Shown piece by piece: positions 15,889-16,029 of a DNA stretch of 16,029 nt. The position numbers were made by a program, and so were the translations under genes. The DNA is from a virus: the UHGV virus genome UHGV-0264118. One strand, given 5' to 3'. Below the pieces are notes generated by a model. It searched no databases and was not told the origin of the DNA. It saw only the letters and a program-made list of their open reading frames with translations. The first letter of the stretch is position 1; each line of letters starts with the position of its first letter.

Positions 15889-16029
15889 TGCCTCCATCAT
15901 TACGAAAAGCCGTTGCTGCTGCTATTGGTGGCGGAGCAATTGCTATAGCATCAGTGTTAATCACTGGCCCAAGTGGTAACGATGGTCTGGAAGGTGTCAG
16001 CTACATACCATACAAAGATATTGTTGGTG
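15888..16029 (+). CDS. rrrD: SAR endolysin (phage 21 R-type lysozyme), N-terminal fragment cut by the window end
   Basis: Translation [47 protein letters not shown]... with a Gly/Ala-rich signal-anchor-release segment. Start overlaps the holin stop (TAATG). Confidence 0.85.

Noticed and set aside
1-16029. CRISPR arrays, tRNA or rRNA genes, and insertion-sequence ends
   Set aside because: No regularly spaced direct repeats, no cloverleaf-compatible tRNA-like segments and no recognisable IS terminal inverted repeats were seen by eye. A tRNAscan or ISfinder run would be needed to be certain.

Overview
This window is the interior of a lambdoid prophage that resembles E. coli DLP12 but is far more intact, and its architecture is a mosaic of known phage modules. 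Minus strand, left to right: xis, small early-left accessory genes (including a TraR-like zinc finger), an intact Red module (exo-bet-gam), an unknown ORF, an AT-rich gap, a lipoprotein gene in the rexAB position, and a CI-type repressor. Plus strand: cro-like gene, a YdaT/CII-like gene, lambda-type O (with ori iterons) and P, ren, emrE, a large serine recombinase (ybcK-like), a variable cassette, then ylcH-ybcN-ninE-ybcO-rusA-ylcG-quuD. An antisense nmpC porin gene sits between Q and the lysis genes essD and rrrD (partial). The best candidates for undescribed biology are the cassette at 10500-11841 (two unknown ORFs plus a ~430 bp GC-richer non-coding stretch with local hairpins) and the repressor-linked lipoprotein locus. 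All homology calls rest on reading the translations and on recalled family signatures; no database search was run.
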